A stretch of 64,000 bases of DNA from an uncultured Actinomycetes bacterium. Its GTDB lineage: Bacteria; Actinomycetota; Thermoleophilia; Gaiellales; Gaiellaceae. Both the position numbers and the translations under genes were made by a program. The DNA is taken from contig CAVQZA010000005.1 in assembly GCA_963718355.1 (NCBI GenBank), positions 122,110 through 186,109 of the forward strand, in the 5' to 3' direction. The notes under the pieces are model-generated. The model was given only the letters and a program-made list of their open reading frames with translations, was not told the DNA's origin and made no database searches. This document shows positions 44,861 through 54,797 of this stretch, in pieces (the stretch's first letter is position 1; each line of letters starts with the position of its first letter).

Positions 44861-46042
44861 ATGGAGTTCCGTCGCATCTCGGCGCTGCCGCCCTATGCCT
44901 TCGCCGAGATAGACCGGCTCAAGCTCGAGCTTCGCCGCGCCGGCGAGGACGTGATCGACCTCGGCTTCGGCAATCCTGATCTTCCCTCGCCGCCCGAAGC
45001 GGTCGCGAAGCTCCAGGAGGCCGCGGGGAAGGAGAAGAACCATCGCTATTCGTCGAGCCGCGGGATTCCGCGCCTGCGCCATGCCGTCTGCGAGGTCTAC
45101 CGCCGCCGCTTCGGCGTGGAGCTCGATCCCGAGACGCAGGCACTGACGACGATCGGCGCCAAGGAGGGTCTCTCGCACCTGATGTGGGTGCTCGTCCAGC
45201 CCGGCGACGTCGCGGTCGTGCCGACGCCGACCTATCCGATCCACACCTACGCGCCGGTGCTCGCGGGCGCGACCGTCGTGCAGGCGCGCGTCGACGGCGG
45301 CTTCGACGCGTTCGAGGAGGCCTTTGCGAGCTCGCCGACGCGCCCGCGCGTGATCGTCCTCTCGTATCCGCACAATCCGACCACGATGGTCGCTGAGCCC
45401 GGCTTCTTCGAGCGCGCCGTCGCGTTCGCGCGTGAGAACGACGTCCTGATCGCCCACGACTTCGCCTACGCGGACATCGCTTTCGACGGCTACCGGCCGC
45501 CGTCGATTCTCGAGGTCGAGGGCGCCAGCGAGGTCGCCGTGGAGCTGTACACGCTGACGAAGGGCTTCTCGATGGCGGGCTGGCGCGTGGGCTTCCTGCT
45601 CGGGAACGCCGAGGTCGTCGGCGCGCTCGCGCGGCTGAAGTCGTACCTCGACTACGGGACGTTCCAGCCGATCCAGATCGCCGCGATCGTGGCGATGAAC
45701 GAGGCGCCCGACTATCCGCTCGAGATCACCGAGATCTACCGCGGCCGCCGCGACGCGCTCTGCCGTGGCCTCGCGCGGATCGGCTGGGAGATCGAGCCGC
45801 CGAAGGGGACGATGTTCGTCTGGGCGGAGATCCCCGAGCCGTACCGGGCCGAGGGCTCACAGGCCTTCGCGGTGCGACTCGCGCGCGAGGCGCACGTCGC
45901 GGTCAGTCCGGGCGCCGGCTTCGGGCCAGGCGGCGAGGGCTATGTCCGCTTCGCGCTCGTCGAGAACGAGCAGCGCATCGGGCAGGCGACGCGCGGGATC
46001 AAGCGCGCGCTCTCGGAGCTCGAAGCCCCGACTCGGGCCTAG
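44861..46042 (+). CDS. Class I/II PLP-dependent aminotransferase (alanine/aspartate transaminase-like)
   Basis: YSSSRGIP, HNPTT, and LTKGFSMAGWRVGF (PLP Lys). Confidence 0.85.
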   Translation: MEFRRISALPPYAFAEIDRLKLELRRAGEDVIDLGFGNPDLPSPPEAVAKLQEAAGKEKNHRYSSSRGIPRLRHAVCEVYRRRFGVELDPETQALTTIGAKEGLSHLMWVLVQPGDVAVVPTPTYPIHTYAPVLAGATVVQARVDGGFDAFEEAFASSPTRPRVIVLSYPHNPTTMVAEPGFFERAVAFARENDVLIAHDFAYADIAFDGYRPPSILEVEGASEVAVELYTLTKGFSMAGWRVGFLLGNAEVVGALARLKSYLDYGTFQPIQIAAIVAMNEAPDYPLEITEIYRGRRDALCRGLARIGWEIEPPKGTMFVWAEIPEPYRAEGSQAFAVRLAREAHVAVSPGAGFGPGGEGYVRFALVENEQRIGQATRGIKRALSELEAPTRA

Positions 46043-46506
46043 TTGCCGTACCCGGGGCCCGGCCCGGGCGTCGGCTTCGGTGCGGGACTGCCCGTCCCGG
46101 TCGTGACGACCACCTGCCACGTCCCGCCGCCCTTCAGCCCGTTGCCGTTGACCTGGCCGGTCGCCTTGTCGCGCACGTAGGTGTAGAGCGGGCCGCCCTT
46201 GTAGGTGACCTGGATCCGTCCGTCGGGGCGCGTCAGCGTGCCGAGGTGCTTCGCGCCGATCGGCGTGGTGCCGGGAGCGATCCAGAGCGGCCGCCAGATT
46301 GCGAAGCAGGCCGGAGTCGCGCAGCTCAGGTTCGTCTTGGTCTCCCCGCTCAGCCGGTAGAGCGTCGTCCCATTCGTGGTCACGAGGATCGTCTCGCCGA
46401 GGATCCTGCTGTGCGCGCTCTTGACCACGGCCTGGTTCCCGGCGGCGGCGGTTCCCGCGAGGACTAGGGCGAGTGCGACTCCGGCGAGTGGGCGGCTGAT
46501 TCGCAT
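46039..46506 (-). CDS. Secreted protein with lipoprotein_15-type repeats (Yx[FWY]xxD motif family)
   Basis: Signal peptide, then TTLYRLSGE and GGPLYTYVRDKATGQVNGNGL. Confidence 0.6.
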   Translation of the reverse strand: MRISRPLAGVALALVLAGTAAAGNQAVVKSAHSRILGETILVTTNGTTLYRLSGETKTNLSCATPACFAIWRPLWIAPGTTPIGAKHLGTLTRPDGRIQVTYKGGPLYTYVRDKATGQVNGNGLKGGGTWQVVVTTGTGSPAPKPTPGPGPGYGN

Positions 46507-46540
46507 CGGTCCTTCTACGGTAGCTCGCCCTGAACCGGAT

Positions 46541-47110
46541 TTACCTGCCCAGTTCGTAAAACTCGGGATTCGGCACCCAGCCGAGACCGCTCGCCATCCG
46601 GTTCGCGGCGTTGAACAGCGCGGTGATCTCGGCTATGTCCATCACGTCCTCGTCGCTCCAGCCCGCGGTGCGGAGCGTCTCGACGTCGGCCTCCTGCATC
46701 TCGGCGGGCCGCAGCGTGAGCTTCAGCGCGTAGTCGAGCATCGCGCCGATGCGGGGCTCGACGGGCGCCGTGCGGTGATCCGCGGCGATCGCATCGGCGA
46801 GCGCCGGATCCTTGGTGAGCTTCCGCAGCGCCGCGGAGTGGGCGACCGTGCAGTACGTGCAGTGGTTCGCGACGGAGACGACGACGGCGATCATCTCGCG
46901 CTCGGACTTCGTCAGACCCGAGTCGCCCTTCATAGCCTCCTCGTAGTGCCGATTCCAGGCGACGAGATGCGTCGGCCGAAGTGCGTAGAGCCGCAAGACG
47001 TTGGGGACGAAGCCCAGCTTCTCCTGCGACGGGCGCCAAAGTTCGCGGACTTCCGCCGGCACCTCGTCGTTCGCCGGGACGCGAAGCCAGCTCAGCGGTT
47101 CCTCGTCCAT
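46541..47110 (-). CDS. Carboxymuconolactone decarboxylase / AhpD-like peroxidase-related protein
   Basis: ANHCTYCTVAH (CxxC) and the peroxidase-related enzyme pattern. Start ATG 47110. Confidence 0.8.
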   Translation of the reverse strand: MDEEPLSWLRVPANDEVPAEVRELWRPSQEKLGFVPNVLRLYALRPTHLVAWNRHYEEAMKGDSGLTKSEREMIAVVVSVANHCTYCTVAHSAALRKLTKDPALADAIAADHRTAPVEPRIGAMLDYALKLTLRPAEMQEADVETLRTAGWSDEDVMDIAEITALFNAANRMASGLGWVPNPEFYELGR

Positions 47111-47153
47111 CGCCGTGAGTTTAGAGCCGGGATGCGCTAGTGTCCCCGGGTCG

Positions 47154-48380
47154 ATGAGTGCCGCAGCACCCACCGCCGGGACGACGCCGGCCAAGAAGCA
47201 CCGGTTCTGGGTCTGGGCGATCATCGTCATCGCAGCGATCGTCACGCTGGTCTCCTCGCTGACGATCTTCGTCAAGCGCGAAGCGTTGAATTCGCAGTCG
47301 TTCTCGGAGACCAGCGTCAAGATGCTGCAGGACCAGCAGGTGCGGGATGCGCTCGCGGTCTACCTGACTGACCAGCTCTTCGCCAACGTCGACGTGAAGG
47401 CTCAGCTCGAGAACATCCTGCCGAACCAGACGAAGGGGCTTGCGGGCCCGGCCTCGGGACTGCTGCGCGAGTTCGCTCCGCGCGCCGCCAGCGACATCCT
47501 CGCCCAGCCTGCCGTTCAGAACCAGTTCCAGACGCTGACCTATAACGCCCACAAGCGCTTCCTGACGATCATCGACGGGAAGAACCAGGGGCCTGTTCAG
47601 ACCCAGAACGGCGAGGTCGTGCTCGACCTGCACCCGATCGTCGAGCAGCTCGCCGACCGGCTCGGGCTCGGTGCGCAGATCAAGCCGGACGCGGGGCGGC
47701 TCGTCGTCTTCAGCTCGAGCCAGCTCAAGCTCGTGCAGGACTCGGTGAAGGCGATCAAGGTGCTCAACGTCTTCCTCATCGTCGTCGTCCTGCTGCTCTA
47801 CGCGCTTGCCATCTGGCTCGCGGCCGGCTGGCGGCGCCAGGCGCTCCGGGCCAGCGGCTGGAGTCTCCTGATCGTCGGGGTCCTGCTGCTCCTCGTGCGG
47901 CGCGTCGTCGGCAATCAGATCGTCGGCTCGCTCGTCAACGCGCAGTCCGACAAGACCGCGGCGCGCCATGCGTGGCTGATCGGCAGCTCGCTGCTCGCGG
48001 CCGTGGCCTGGGCGATCGTCTTCTACGGGATCGTGATCCTGATCTCGGCGTGGATTGCCGGCAGGACGCGTCCCGCGGTCGCGGTTCGGCGCTGGCTCGC
48101 TCCGGCGCTTGCGGGTCACCTGGGTGTCGTCGTCACCTGCGCGATCTTCCTCTACCTCATGCTGATCCTCTGGGGCCCGACGGCGGCGCTGCAGCAGTGG
48201 TGGGGAATCCTGCTGGCCGCTGCGTTCTTCTCGCTCGGCTTCTGGGCGCTGCGGCGGGAAACGCTGCGGGAGTTTCCGAACGCAGGCGTCACGACCGAGT
48301 GGCCCAACTTCCGCGCCAGCTGGAACAAGATGCGCGGCGGCGGGTCGCAGGGTGGCGGCCCCGAGCCGCCGCCCGCCTGA
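47154..48380 (+). CDS. Hypothetical integral membrane protein
   Basis: N-terminal TM WVWAIIVIAAIVTLV, a soluble segment, then about 5 C-terminal TM helices. Confidence 0.55.
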   Translation: MSAAAPTAGTTPAKKHRFWVWAIIVIAAIVTLVSSLTIFVKREALNSQSFSETSVKMLQDQQVRDALAVYLTDQLFANVDVKAQLENILPNQTKGLAGPASGLLREFAPRAASDILAQPAVQNQFQTLTYNAHKRFLTIIDGKNQGPVQTQNGEVVLDLHPIVEQLADRLGLGAQIKPDAGRLVVFSSSQLKLVQDSVKAIKVLNVFLIVVVLLLYALAIWLAAGWRRQALRASGWSLLIVGVLLLLVRRVVGNQIVGSLVNAQSDKTAARHAWLIGSSLLAAVAWAIVFYGIVILISAWIAGRTRPAVAVRRWLAPALAGHLGVVVTCAIFLYLMLILWGPTAALQQWWGILLAAAFFSLGFWALRRETLREFPNAGVTTEWPNFRASWNKMRGGGSQGGGPEPPPA

Positions 48381-48383
48381 CGT

Positions 48384-49418
48384 TTGACTCGTCTACTCGC
48401 CGCCCTGGCCTTGGCCTGCGCGGTGGTCGCCTTCGCCCCGTCGGCCGGCGCTCGTCCGCACGCGGCCGGCACGTTCACCTTCGCCGACGTCGGCGACATC
48501 GTGATGGGCTCGACGCCCAACCTGCCACCAAACAACGGCGCGACGTTCTTCAAGGCCGTCGCCCCGAAGCTTCCGGCCGACGTGGTGATGGGGAATCTCG
48601 AAGGCACGCTCTCGACCACGAGCTCCGCCGCGAAATGCGGCGCGAACAGCACCAATTGCTTCGCGTTCCACACGCCGCCGTTGTACGCGCGCTGGCTTAG
48701 GCGGGCGGGCTTCACGGTGATGAACGTCGCCAACAACCACGCGCTCGACTTCGGCCCGATCGGCCAGGAGCAGACCCTCGCCGCGCTGAAGAGCGTCGGG
48801 CTTGCGTGGACGGGACGGCCCGGCGAGATCGACTACCAGCAGAGCGGCGCGGTCAAGGTCGCGCTGCTCGGGTTCGCGCCGTACCGATGGGCGGCGAGCC
48901 TCACGGACATCCCCGCTGCGCAGCAGCTCGTGCGCCAGGCTGCCGCGAACGCCGACGTCGTGATCGTGACGATGCACGCCGGCGCCGAAGGCGTCGACCA
49001 CCAGCACGTGACGCCCGGGATGGAGACCTACCTCGGCGAGCCGCGCGGCAATCCGATCGCCTTCTCCCACGCCGTCGTGAACGCGGGCGCCGACCTCGTC
49101 GTCGGCAGCGGCCCACACGTGCTGCGCGGGATGGAGTGGTACAAGGGCCGGCTGATCGCCTACAGCATGGGCAACTTCGGCGGGTTCAGGGTGTTCGGGC
49201 TCGGCGGGCCGCTGTCGATGAGCGCGATCCTCCATGTGACGCTCCGTTCGGACGGCACGTTCGTGAAGGGCAACCTCGTGCCGACGCGGCTCACCTCAGA
49301 CGGGATGCCGGCGCTCGATCCCTCCGGCGCGGCGCTCGGAGTGATCCGGACGCTCTCGCGCGAGGACCTCGGCTCGCGCGCCGTGAAGATCTCGTCGACG
49401 GGCCGCCTCTCGCGCTAG
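48384..49418 (+). CDS. CapA family (poly-gamma-glutamate capsule synthesis / metallophosphatase-like) secreted protein
   Basis: Signal peptide, GNLEG, NVANNHALDFG, VIVTMHAGAEG and GSGPHVLRGME. Confidence 0.8.
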   Translation: MTRLLAALALACAVVAFAPSAGARPHAAGTFTFADVGDIVMGSTPNLPPNNGATFFKAVAPKLPADVVMGNLEGTLSTTSSAAKCGANSTNCFAFHTPPLYARWLRRAGFTVMNVANNHALDFGPIGQEQTLAALKSVGLAWTGRPGEIDYQQSGAVKVALLGFAPYRWAASLTDIPAAQQLVRQAAANADVVIVTMHAGAEGVDHQHVTPGMETYLGEPRGNPIAFSHAVVNAGADLVVGSGPHVLRGMEWYKGRLIAYSMGNFGGFRVFGLGGPLSMSAILHVTLRSDGTFVKGNLVPTRLTSDGMPALDPSGAALGVIRTLSREDLGSRAVKISSTGRLSR

Positions 49419-49705
49419 CGCGTTCTGGCGAAGCGCTGCACGGCCGCCAGCAGCTCCTGTGTCTTCTCCGCGGCGGCCTCGCTGTCGCCCGAGGCGAACG
49501 CATCGGCGACGCAGTGGTTCACGTGCGCATCGAGGATCTGGAACGCGAGGCTCTCCAGCGCCGTCGAGACTGCGCCGATCTGCGTGAGGATGTCGATGCA
49601 GTAGCGCTCGTCCTCGACCATGCGCTCGACGCCGCGCACCTGCCCCTCGATCCGGTGCAGTCGCTTCACGAGCGCGTCCTTCTGATCGACGTAGCCGTGG
49701 GTCAT
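49415..49705 (-). CDS. csoR: CsoR family copper-sensing transcriptional repressor
   Basis: [32 protein letters not shown]...HVNHC (C-H-C ligand pattern). ATGA overlap with the copA stop. Confidence 0.85.
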   Translation of the reverse strand: MTHGYVDQKDALVKRLHRIEGQVRGVERMVEDERYCIDILTQIGAVSTALESLAFQILDAHVNHCVADAFASGDSEAAAEKTQELLAAVQRFARTR

Positions 49706-51762
49706 GCGAACCGGCGCAGCCGCAGGCTGTTTGTGAGGACGAAGACGCTCGAGAAGGCCATCGCTCCGGCCGCGACGATCGGATTCAGCAGTCCGGCGAC
49801 GGCGAGCGGGATCGCGGCGACGTTGTAGGCGAAGGCCCAGAAGAGGTTGCCCTTGATCGTTCGCAGCGTGCTGCGGGAGAGGCGGATCGCGTCGGCGGCC
49901 GCGCGCAGGTCGCCCGAGACGAGCGTGATGTCGGAGGCCTCGATCGCGACGTCGGTGCCGGTGCCGAGCGCGACGCCGAGGTCTGCCTGGGCGAGTGCGG
50001 GTGCGTCGTTGACGCCGTCGCCGACCATCGCGACGACCTCGCCGGCCGCCTGCAGTCGTCGAATCTCGGTGGCCTTGCCGTCGGGGAGCACCTCGGCGAG
50101 GACCCGCTCGATCCCGACCTCCGCGGCGATCCGCTCGGCGGCCTCGCGGGTGTCGCCGGTGAGGAGCACCGGGGTGAGCCCGAGAGCCTCGAGCTGGCGG
50201 ATGGCCTCGGCGCTCGTCGGCTTCACCGTGTCACGAACCGCGAGAGTGGCCCGGTCGACGCCGTCCCACGAGACGACGCTCTGCTCGATTCGCACGGCGT
50301 GGCCTTCGACGACGCCCTCGACGCCGAGCCCCGGCAGGTTGCGGAAGCCACTCGCCGCGGGCAGGGCGCCGAGCTCGGCGCGCGCAGCGTCGGCGACTGC
50401 GCGCGCAACGGGATGCTCGCTCGCGTCTTCGAGCGCGCCGGCGAGCCGCAGAACCTCGGCCCGCGTGGCGCCGTTCAGAAGCGTGATCCCCGCGAGCTCG
50501 ATCTTCCCCTCGGTGATGGTGCCGGTCTTGTCGAGCACGATCGTGCCGATCCGCCGGGTCTGCTCGAGCACCTCGGGCCCCTTGATGAGGATCCCGAGCT
50601 GCGCGCCACGGCCGGTGCCGACGAGGAGCGCGGTCGGCGTCGCAAGGCCGAGCGCACAGGGGCACGCGATGATCAGGACCGCAACCGCCGCGCTGAACGC
50701 TGCGGTCGCTCCGCCGCCGAAGGCGAGCCAGCCGATGAGCGTCGCGAGGGACACGGCGAGGACGATCGGCACGAACACGGCCGAGAACCGGTCGACGAGT
50801 CTCTGGATCGGCGCCTTGCCGGCCTGCGCGTCAGCGACGAGCCGCGTGATCTGGGCGAGTGCGGTATCGGCTCCGACGCGCGTCGCGCAGACGATGAGCC
50901 GCCCGTAGGTATTGAGCGTCGCACCGGCCACTTCGGCTCCAGGCCTGACCTCGACGGGGACAGGCTCGCCGGTGAGCAGCGAGCGGTCGACCGCCGACTC
51001 GCCGAGCTCGACGACGCCGTCGGTCGCGATCTTCTCTCCCGGCCGGACCACGAACAGGTCGCCGGGGCGCAGCTCGGAAACAGGGACGAGCACTTCCTCG
51101 CCGTCGCGCAGCACGCGCGCCTCCTTCGCTCCGAGCTCGAGCAGCGAGCGGATCGCCGCGCCCGACCGGTAGCGCGCACGTAGCTCCAGGTAGCGTCCGA
51201 GCACGATCAGCGTCGTGATCACCGCGCCGACCTCGAAGTACGTGTCGGTGTCGATCCCGCCGACCAGCACGACGACCGACCACGACCATGCGGCGAGCGT
51301 GCCGAGCGAGATGAGCGTGTCCATCCCCGTGGCGCCGTGGCGGAGGCTCAGAGCCGCAGAGCGGTGGAACGGCCAGCCGCCCCAGAGCACGACCGGTGTC
51401 GCCAGCGCGAACGCGACCCATTCCCAGCGGCGGAATTCGAGCGGCGGCGCCATAGCGAGGACGATGAGCGGCACCGTGAGGACGGCCGAGACGACGAGCC
51501 GCACTCTCCAGCCGCGGCTCGCGTCCTCCGACGGCGTCTCGCCGACCGGGGCCGCGTGGTAGCCGATCGCCTCGACCGCGGCGAGCAGATCGTCGAGCTG
51601 CGCCTCGGCCGGGTCGAAGCTGACCGCGGCCTCCTCGGTCGCGAAGTTCACCGTCGCCTCGACGCCGTCGAGCTCGTTCAGCCGCTTCTCGATCCGAGCC
51701 GCGCACGAGGCGCAGGTCATTCCTTCGAGGTCGAGGCGGATGTGCTCGGCGGCGACGGGCAT
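49702..51762 (-). CDS. copA: Copper-translocating P1B-type ATPase
   Basis: HMA domain [29 protein letters not shown] and [10 protein letters not shown] motifs. True start ATG 51762; the rest of ORF 49702..52677 is an artefact. Confidence 0.9.
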   Translation of the reverse strand: MPVAAEHIRLDLEGMTCASCAARIEKRLNELDGVEATVNFATEEAAVSFDPAEAQLDDLLAAVEAIGYHAAPVGETPSEDASRGWRVRLVVSAVLTVPLIVLAMAPPLEFRRWEWVAFALATPVVLWGGWPFHRSAALSLRHGATGMDTLISLGTLAAWSWSVVVLVGGIDTDTYFEVGAVITTLIVLGRYLELRARYRSGAAIRSLLELGAKEARVLRDGEEVLVPVSELRPGDLFVVRPGEKIATDGVVELGESAVDRSLLTGEPVPVEVRPGAEVAGATLNTYGRLIVCATRVGADTALAQITRLVADAQAGKAPIQRLVDRFSAVFVPIVLAVSLATLIGWLAFGGGATAAFSAAVAVLIIACPCALGLATPTALLVGTGRGAQLGILIKGPEVLEQTRRIGTIVLDKTGTITEGKIELAGITLLNGATRAEVLRLAGALEDASEHPVARAVADAARAELGALPAASGFRNLPGLGVEGVVEGHAVRIEQSVVSWDGVDRATLAVRDTVKPTSAEAIRQLEALGLTPVLLTGDTREAAERIAAEVGIERVLAEVLPDGKATEIRRLQAAGEVVAMVGDGVNDAPALAQADLGVALGTGTDVAIEASDITLVSGDLRAAADAIRLSRSTLRTIKGNLFWAFAYNVAAIPLAVAGLLNPIVAAGAMAFSSVFVLTNSLRLRRFA

Positions 51763-51770
51763 GGTCCCAG

Positions 51771-51789
51771 TATACCCGGCAGGGGTATA
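51771..51789 (-). promoter_or_regulatory. CsoR-type operator pseudo-palindrome TATACCC-GGCAG-GGGTATA, 9 nt upstream of the copA start
   Basis: Read directly. Resembles the GC-core, AT-flanked CsoR boxes described for Streptomyces and Bacillus cop operons (from memory). Confidence 0.6.
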
Positions 51790-51893
51790 GGCCTCCCTAC
51801 GGCTTGGATAGATCTCGGCTGGATTGTCGTTCCGCACAGGATCCCGGCAATCGGGGTGCGCGCCGATACCGGGCCTGGGTAAGTACTGACTCG

Positions 51894-53126
51894 CTAGATC
51901 TGCCAGAGACCGCCGCTGATCAGCGGCACCGTGTCGCCGTTCGCCGCGGTACCGGTCACCTCGAGGTTGTCGGTGCCGATCATCACGTCGACGTGGATGT
52001 TCGCTCGGTTCACCCCGCGGCGTGCCTCGGGGCGGCGGGTGAGCCCGAAGCCGGCGCCGAACGCGATATGGGCGGCGGCGTTCTCGTCGAGCAGCGTATT
52101 GAAGTAGACGCGCTTGCTCTGCCCGATTCGCGAGCTCGCGTCGACGAGCGCGACCTCGCCGAGCCGGCGCGCGTTCGGCTCGCTGTCGAGGAAGGCGGCG
52201 AGGAAGTCCCGATCGGTCTCGTCGTCGGCCTCGAGCCGAACGAGGCGCCCGCTGCGGAACTCGCCGGCGATTCCCTCGATCAGACGGCCGCGGAACGAGA
52301 GCGGCAACGAGCAGTGGAACGTGCCGGACGCGGAGCCCGCCTGCGGGCTCGTGTAGCACTCCTCGGTGGGCACGTTCGCCGAGATCACGTGGCCGTAGGC
52401 GTCGGTACGGCGGCCGCCGACGAAGACGGTGCCGGGCGAGATGCCGACTTCGAGGTCGGTGCCGGGCCCGTGGTAGCGGAGCCGCTTCAGTCCCAGCCCG
52501 GTGAGGACGCGGGCGCGGTCGGCCAGCATCGTCGCGTGGGTGATCCAGCCCGAGCCGTCCTCCGGATCGCCGGGCCCGAGGCGGCAGAACCAGAGGATGT
52601 CCTCCGCCAGCCGGTGCTTCGCCTCGTTCACCTCGAGGCCGGGGTAGACCTGCCCCGCCCAGTGGGCCGTCGGCCATGCGCAGCCCGTCCAGCGGATCCG
52701 GCCGTCGAGGCTCGCCACGGCGACGTCGCGGATCTTCTGCATCCGGCGCGCCGCGTCGGCGGCGACGCGCTCGGGCGGCAGGCCGTCGAAGACCCCGGGA
52801 TCGGCCTCGCCGACGACGAACAGCGACGCGCGGTCGGCGCCCTTGCTCGCCCGCACCCTGCGCGCCTGCCAGTCGGGTAGCAGCCCGAGATTCTCATCGG
52901 CCGCGTACCGGACACGCGCGGCGGCGGCGCGCGGCTCGTCGTAGGCGATGTCGACGAGCCGGGCGCCGGCACGGTAGGCGGCCTCGGTCAGCGCGACGAT
53001 CAGCTCCCGGTGCTCGGTGTGCGCGGCCAGGAACAGGATGTCGTCCCGCTCGAGCGCGAGGCACGTGACGGCGAGGAGATCGGCGTAGCGGGCAAGCGCC
53101 GCGGGTTCCAGCACTGGCTCCGGCAT
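51894..53126 (-). CDS. M29 family aminopeptidase (AmpS/PepS-like)
   Basis: LARYADLLV-type N-terminus, EVALVD and HIAFG motifs. Confidence 0.8.
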   Translation of the reverse strand: MPEPVLEPAALARYADLLAVTCLALERDDILFLAAHTEHRELIVALTEAAYRAGARLVDIAYDEPRAAAARVRYAADENLGLLPDWQARRVRASKGADRASLFVVGEADPGVFDGLPPERVAADAARRMQKIRDVAVASLDGRIRWTGCAWPTAHWAGQVYPGLEVNEAKHRLAEDILWFCRLGPGDPEDGSGWITHATMLADRARVLTGLGLKRLRYHGPGTDLEVGISPGTVFVGGRRTDAYGHVISANVPTEECYTSPQAGSASGTFHCSLPLSFRGRLIEGIAGEFRSGRLVRLEADDETDRDFLAAFLDSEPNARRLGEVALVDASSRIGQSKRVYFNTLLDENAAAHIAFGAGFGLTRRPEARRGVNRANIHVDVMIGTDNLEVTGTAANGDTVPLISGGLWQI

Positions 53127-53181
53127 GGCGGCAACCTACCGGGTTTGAACTTCGGAGCCGAAAAAGCCAACCTGTACCGCC

Positions 53182-53976
53182 ATGGATCCGACAGCCGTCC
53201 AGGAGCGCGCAAGGGGTGAGAACTTCCCCGTCGCGTCTCTGCTCTTCCCGCGCGCACTGCGCCCGCACCTGCGCGCGGTGTACGGCTACTGCCGGCTCGT
53301 GGACATCCTCGGCGACGAGATCGAGGGCGACCGTCTCGCGGCGCTCGACGAGCTCGAGGGCGAGGTGGCCGCGTGTTACGGCGGCGGGCCGAGCTGGCCC
53401 GTGCTCGTCGAGCTGCAGCCGACGATCGCAGAGTTCGACCTTCCGCCCGAGCCGTTCCTGCGGCTGATCGAGGCGAACCGGATGGATCAGCGGGTCACCG
53501 AGTACGCGAGCTGGGAGGACCTGCGCTGGTACTGCGTCCACTCCGCGGATCCGGTCGGCCGGATCGTGCTCGGGCTCTTGCGGCGCTCGCGGGAGGCCGA
53601 GCTCGTCGCCGCCTCCGACCGCGTCTGTACCGGGCTCCAGCTCGTGAACTTCCTTCAGGACGTGCCGCGCGACCTCGAGCTCGGGCGGATCTATCTCCCC
53701 GCCGAGGAGCGGCGCCGATTCGGCGTCGAGCGCCTCGACCGGCCGAGTGCCGAGCTCACCGCGTTGCTCGCGTTCGAGGGAGAGCGCGCCCGCGAGTTGC
53801 TCGGCGCGGGGACGGTGCTCAAGGAGCGGCTCGGCGGCCGGACGGGTCGTGGCGTCGCGCTGTTCGCGCGCGGCGGGCTCGCTGCGCTGGCCGCGCTCGA
53901 GCGCGCGAACTGGGACATCTTCAGCGGCCGGCCCAGGCCCTCGCGCGCGCGGCTCGCGTGGGAGGCGCTGCGGTGA
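53182..53976 (+). CDS. hpnC: Squalene synthase HpnC (hydroxysqualene synthase)
   Basis: ENFPVASLLFP, YGYCRLVDILGDE and LQLVNFLQDV. First gene of the hpn cluster. Confidence 0.85.
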   Translation: MDPTAVQERARGENFPVASLLFPRALRPHLRAVYGYCRLVDILGDEIEGDRLAALDELEGEVAACYGGGPSWPVLVELQPTIAEFDLPPEPFLRLIEANRMDQRVTEYASWEDLRWYCVHSADPVGRIVLGLLRRSREAELVAASDRVCTGLQLVNFLQDVPRDLELGRIYLPAEERRRFGVERLDRPSAELTALLAFEGERARELLGAGTVLKERLGGRTGRGVALFARGGLAALAALERANWDIFSGRPRPSRARLAWEALR

Positions 53977-54797
53977 CGACGACCGCGGAGGCATACGCCG
54001 AGGTCGAGCGGCTCACCCGCCGTCGGGCGCGGAACTTCGCCTACGGGATCATGGTGCTGCCGCGGCCGAAGCGTCGCGCGATCGCGGCGATCTACGCCTT
54101 CGCCCGCCGGGTCGACGACATCGCCGACGGCGAGCTTCCCACGACGGAGAAGCGCGCCCGGCTCGAGGAGCTGCACGGGCAACTCGACGGCTCGCCCGGC
54201 GACGACTACGCGCTCGTCGCGCTCGCCGACGCGCGCGGGCGATACCCGATCCCCGACACGGCGCTGCACTCGTTCGTCGACGGCGGTCTCCAGGACCTCG
54301 AGACGACGCGCTATGCGAGCTTCGAGGATCTCCGCGGCTACTGCCGGCTCGTCGCGGGCGCGGTCGGCGTCGCCTGCCTCCCGGTCTACGGCGGGGGCGA
54401 CCCCGAGTTGGCCGAGACGCTCGGCGTCGCGCTTCAGCTGATCAACATCATCCGCGACGTCGCCGAGGACTGGTCGCTCGGCCGGGTCTATCTGCCCGGG
54501 GACGAGCTCGAGGCGTACGGCGTCGCGGAGAGCGACATCGCCGAAGCGCGGCTGACCCCGGAGCTCCAGGCGTTGCTCGGCTTCCAGGCCGGGCGCGCGC
54601 GGGCCCATCTCGCCGAGGGAGTGCGCCTGCTCGACGAGCTCGACCGCCGCAGCGCGCTCTGCGTCGGTGCGTTCGCCGGGTTGTACCGCACGACCCTCGA
54701 CCGGATCGAGGCGTCGGGCTACGACGTCTTTGCCAGCCCGCCGCACCTCTCGCCGCTCGAGAAGCTGCGCATCGTCGGCGGAGGTCTCCGGCGATGA
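53973..54797 (+). CDS. hpnD: Presqualene diphosphate synthase HpnD
   Basis: NFAYGIMVLPRPKRRAIAAIYAFARRVDDIAD and LQLINIIRDVAED. GTGA overlap. Confidence 0.85.
   Translation: MTTTAEAYAEVERLTRRRARNFAYGIMVLPRPKRRAIAAIYAFARRVDDIADGELPTTEKRARLEELHGQLDGSPGDDYALVALADARGRYPIPDTALHSFVDGGLQDLETTRYASFEDLRGYCRLVAGAVGVACLPVYGGGDPELAETLGVALQLINIIRDVAEDWSLGRVYLPGDELEAYGVAESDIAEARLTPELQALLGFQAGRARAHLAEGVRLLDELDRRSALCVGAFAGLYRTTLDRIEASGYDVFASPPHLSPLEKLRIVGGGLRR

Noticed and set aside
51763-52677. N-terminal 300-aa extension of the copA ORF (49702..52677)
   Set aside because: P-type ATPase homology starts at the HMA domain right after ATG 51762. The extension overlaps the M29 aminopeptidase gene and has a low-complexity Arg/Pro composition.
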